Virus record (IMG/VR): IMGVR_UViG_3300012038_000010
Source: a virus
Direction: 5' to 3' (one strand)
DNA: 32,488 nucleotides
Below the pieces are notes generated by a model. That model did no database searches, had not been told where the DNA came from, and was given only the letters and a program-made list of their open reading frames with translations. This document shows positions 31,765-32,488 of this stretch, one piece after another. Position numbers and translations under genes: made by a program. How positions within the stretch are numbered: the first letter of the stretch is position 1; each line of letters starts with the position of its first letter.

Positions 31765-32488
31765 TTAACTGTTTAAATGGTTTAAATATGCTTTGTAACT
31801 TTCGAAAATCGCTTGTATTTGTTTAAATTCATGAGTGCCTCTTCTTGTTGAATACTCTTCATTGGAATCAAAAAATATCTGCCATTCTTCAACTGATTTT
31901 GTTTTACACCCTATTTTTATTTTATCCCCCAAAATTGAATGCTCCCATTTGCAATATTGTGACAAATACGCTGATTCTTTGTTTTTAGCCAAATATAGGT
32001 CAGCCGAAGATAGGTCAGCCGAAGATAGGTCAGCCGAAGATAGGTTAGCCGAATATAGGTTAGCCGAAGATAGGTCAGCCGAAGATAGGTTAGCCGAAGA
32101 TAGGTCAGCCGAAGATAGGTTAGCCGAACGTAGGTCAGCCGAATATAGGTCAGCCGAATATAGGTTAGCCGAAGATAGGTTAGCCGAATATAGGTCAGCC
32201 GAAGATAGGTTAGCCGAACGTAGGTCAGCCGAAGATAGGTCAGCCGAAGATAGGTTAGCCGAACGTAGGTTAGCCGAACGTAGGTCAGCCGAAGATAGGT
32301 CAGCCGAATATAGGTTAGCCGAAGATAGGTCAGCCGAACGTAGGTTAGCCGAACGTAGGTCAGCCGAAGATAGGTCAGCCGAATATAGGTTAGCCGAAGA
32401 TAGGTTAGCCGAAGATAGGTCAGCCGAACGTAGGTTAGCCGAACGTAGGTCAGCCGAAGATAGGTCAGCCGAATATAGGTTAGCCGAA
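31765..32488 (-). CDS. Pentapeptide-repeat protein, repeat body plus C-terminal domain (same gene as 1..202).
   Basis: The track ORF 31765..31992 starts at a TTG, but the same frame has no stop upstream through the whole array to 32488. Each unit reads (S/R/Y)-S-A-(D/N)-L. The C-terminal part ...CKWEHSILGDKIKIGCKTKSVEEWQIFF... resembles the conserved tail of this class of pentapeptide proteins, judged from memory. Confidence 0.8.
   Translation of the reverse strand, partial: SANLYSADLSSADLRSANLRSADLSSANLSSANLYSADLSSADLRSANLRSADLSSANLYSADLSSADLRSANLRSANLSSADLSSADLRSANLSSADLYSANLSSANLYSADLYSADLRSANLSSADLSSANLSSADLSSANLYSANLSSADLSSADLSSADLYLAKNKESAYLSQYCKWEHSILGDKIKIGCKTKSVEEWQIFFDSNEEYSTRRGTHEFKQIQAIFESYKAYLNHLNS
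31996..32488. repeat. Tandem array of the 15-bp unit TAGGTYAGCCGAANN: 32 full units plus 13 nt.
   Basis: Units start at 31996 and every 15 nt after that (for example 32041, 32101, 32161, ..., 32476). Twelve of the 15 positions are invariant in every unit. Position 6 is C or T. Positions 14-15 are GA, CG or TA only. Confidence 0.97.

Noticed and set aside
31990-31992. The TTG at 31992 as the true start of a 75-aa protein, as in the ORF track.
   Set aside because: The frame has no stop upstream through the array, and no promoter or gap precedes the TTG. The stub is the C-terminal domain of the junction-spanning gene.
31996-32488. The 15-bp tandem array interpreted as a CRISPR array.
   Set aside because: The units are directly abutting with no spacers. 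At 15 bp they are far shorter than CRISPR repeats. The array is an open reading frame encoding canonical pentapeptide repeats.
31996-32488. A diversity-generating retroelement as the source of the codon-restricted variation.
   Set aside because: The genome has no reverse transcriptase and no template repeat. The variable positions are not adenine-specific (C/T, and GA/CG/TA).
1-32488. Prophage or lysogeny module (integrase, excisionase, att sites) and phage-encoded tRNAs.
   Set aside because: No ORF shows tyrosine- or serine-recombinase motifs. No host flanking sequence is present, because the contig closes on itself. I saw no cloverleaf-capable intergenic sequence.

Overview
The window looks like a complete, circularly closed genome of about 32.4 kb from a low-GC tailed dsDNA phage. 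The host is most likely in the Bacteroidota/Flavobacteriia. Supporting this: TAnnTTT(G/A) '-7' promoter boxes, no Shine-Dalgarno sequences, a DUF3127-type SSB, and an OMP ending in a C-terminal Phe.

The first 68 nt are identical to the last 68 nt. Both window ends lie inside one tandem array of a 15-bp unit, TAGGTYAGCCGAANN. All genes but one (an XRE regulator, 11501..11734) are on the minus strand, so transcription runs right to left. Genes are tightly packed, with many ATGA/TAATG overlaps.

Modules in transcription order:
1. Early/accessory region (202->1, wrapping to 32488->28864): a pentapeptide-repeat gene that crosses the window junction, an 8-strand-type OMP, many tiny ORFs and a DnaA-domain-IV-like HTH protein.
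2. Packaging and morphogenesis (28862->12401): TerS, TerL, two HK97-gp10-like proteins, large tail proteins, a tape-measure-like protein, an HNH homing endonuclease, an XkdF-type protease/scaffold, the major capsid protein, portal, tail fibre and a LamG protein.
3. A small accessory island with the only plus-strand gene (12391->10554).
4. Lysis cassette (10468->8519): membrane proteins/holins, an M15 endolysin and a unimolecular spanin.
5. Early/replication region (8320->250): ERF recombinase, SSB, DUF1376 initiator-like protein, primase-helicase and an SNF2-helicase/DNA-methyltransferase fusion.

I found no DNA polymerase, integrase, tRNA or CRISPR array.

The most interesting item is the terminal array. 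On the minus strand it is an open reading frame encoding about 34 perfect pentapeptide repeats, A-(D/N)-L-(S/R/Y)-S. It is flanked by the N- and C-terminal domains typical of pentapeptide-repeat proteins. Nucleotide variation is confined to 3 of the 15 unit positions, and every variant changes an amino acid.

All calls come from reading the sequence and translations by eye. No database search was run.
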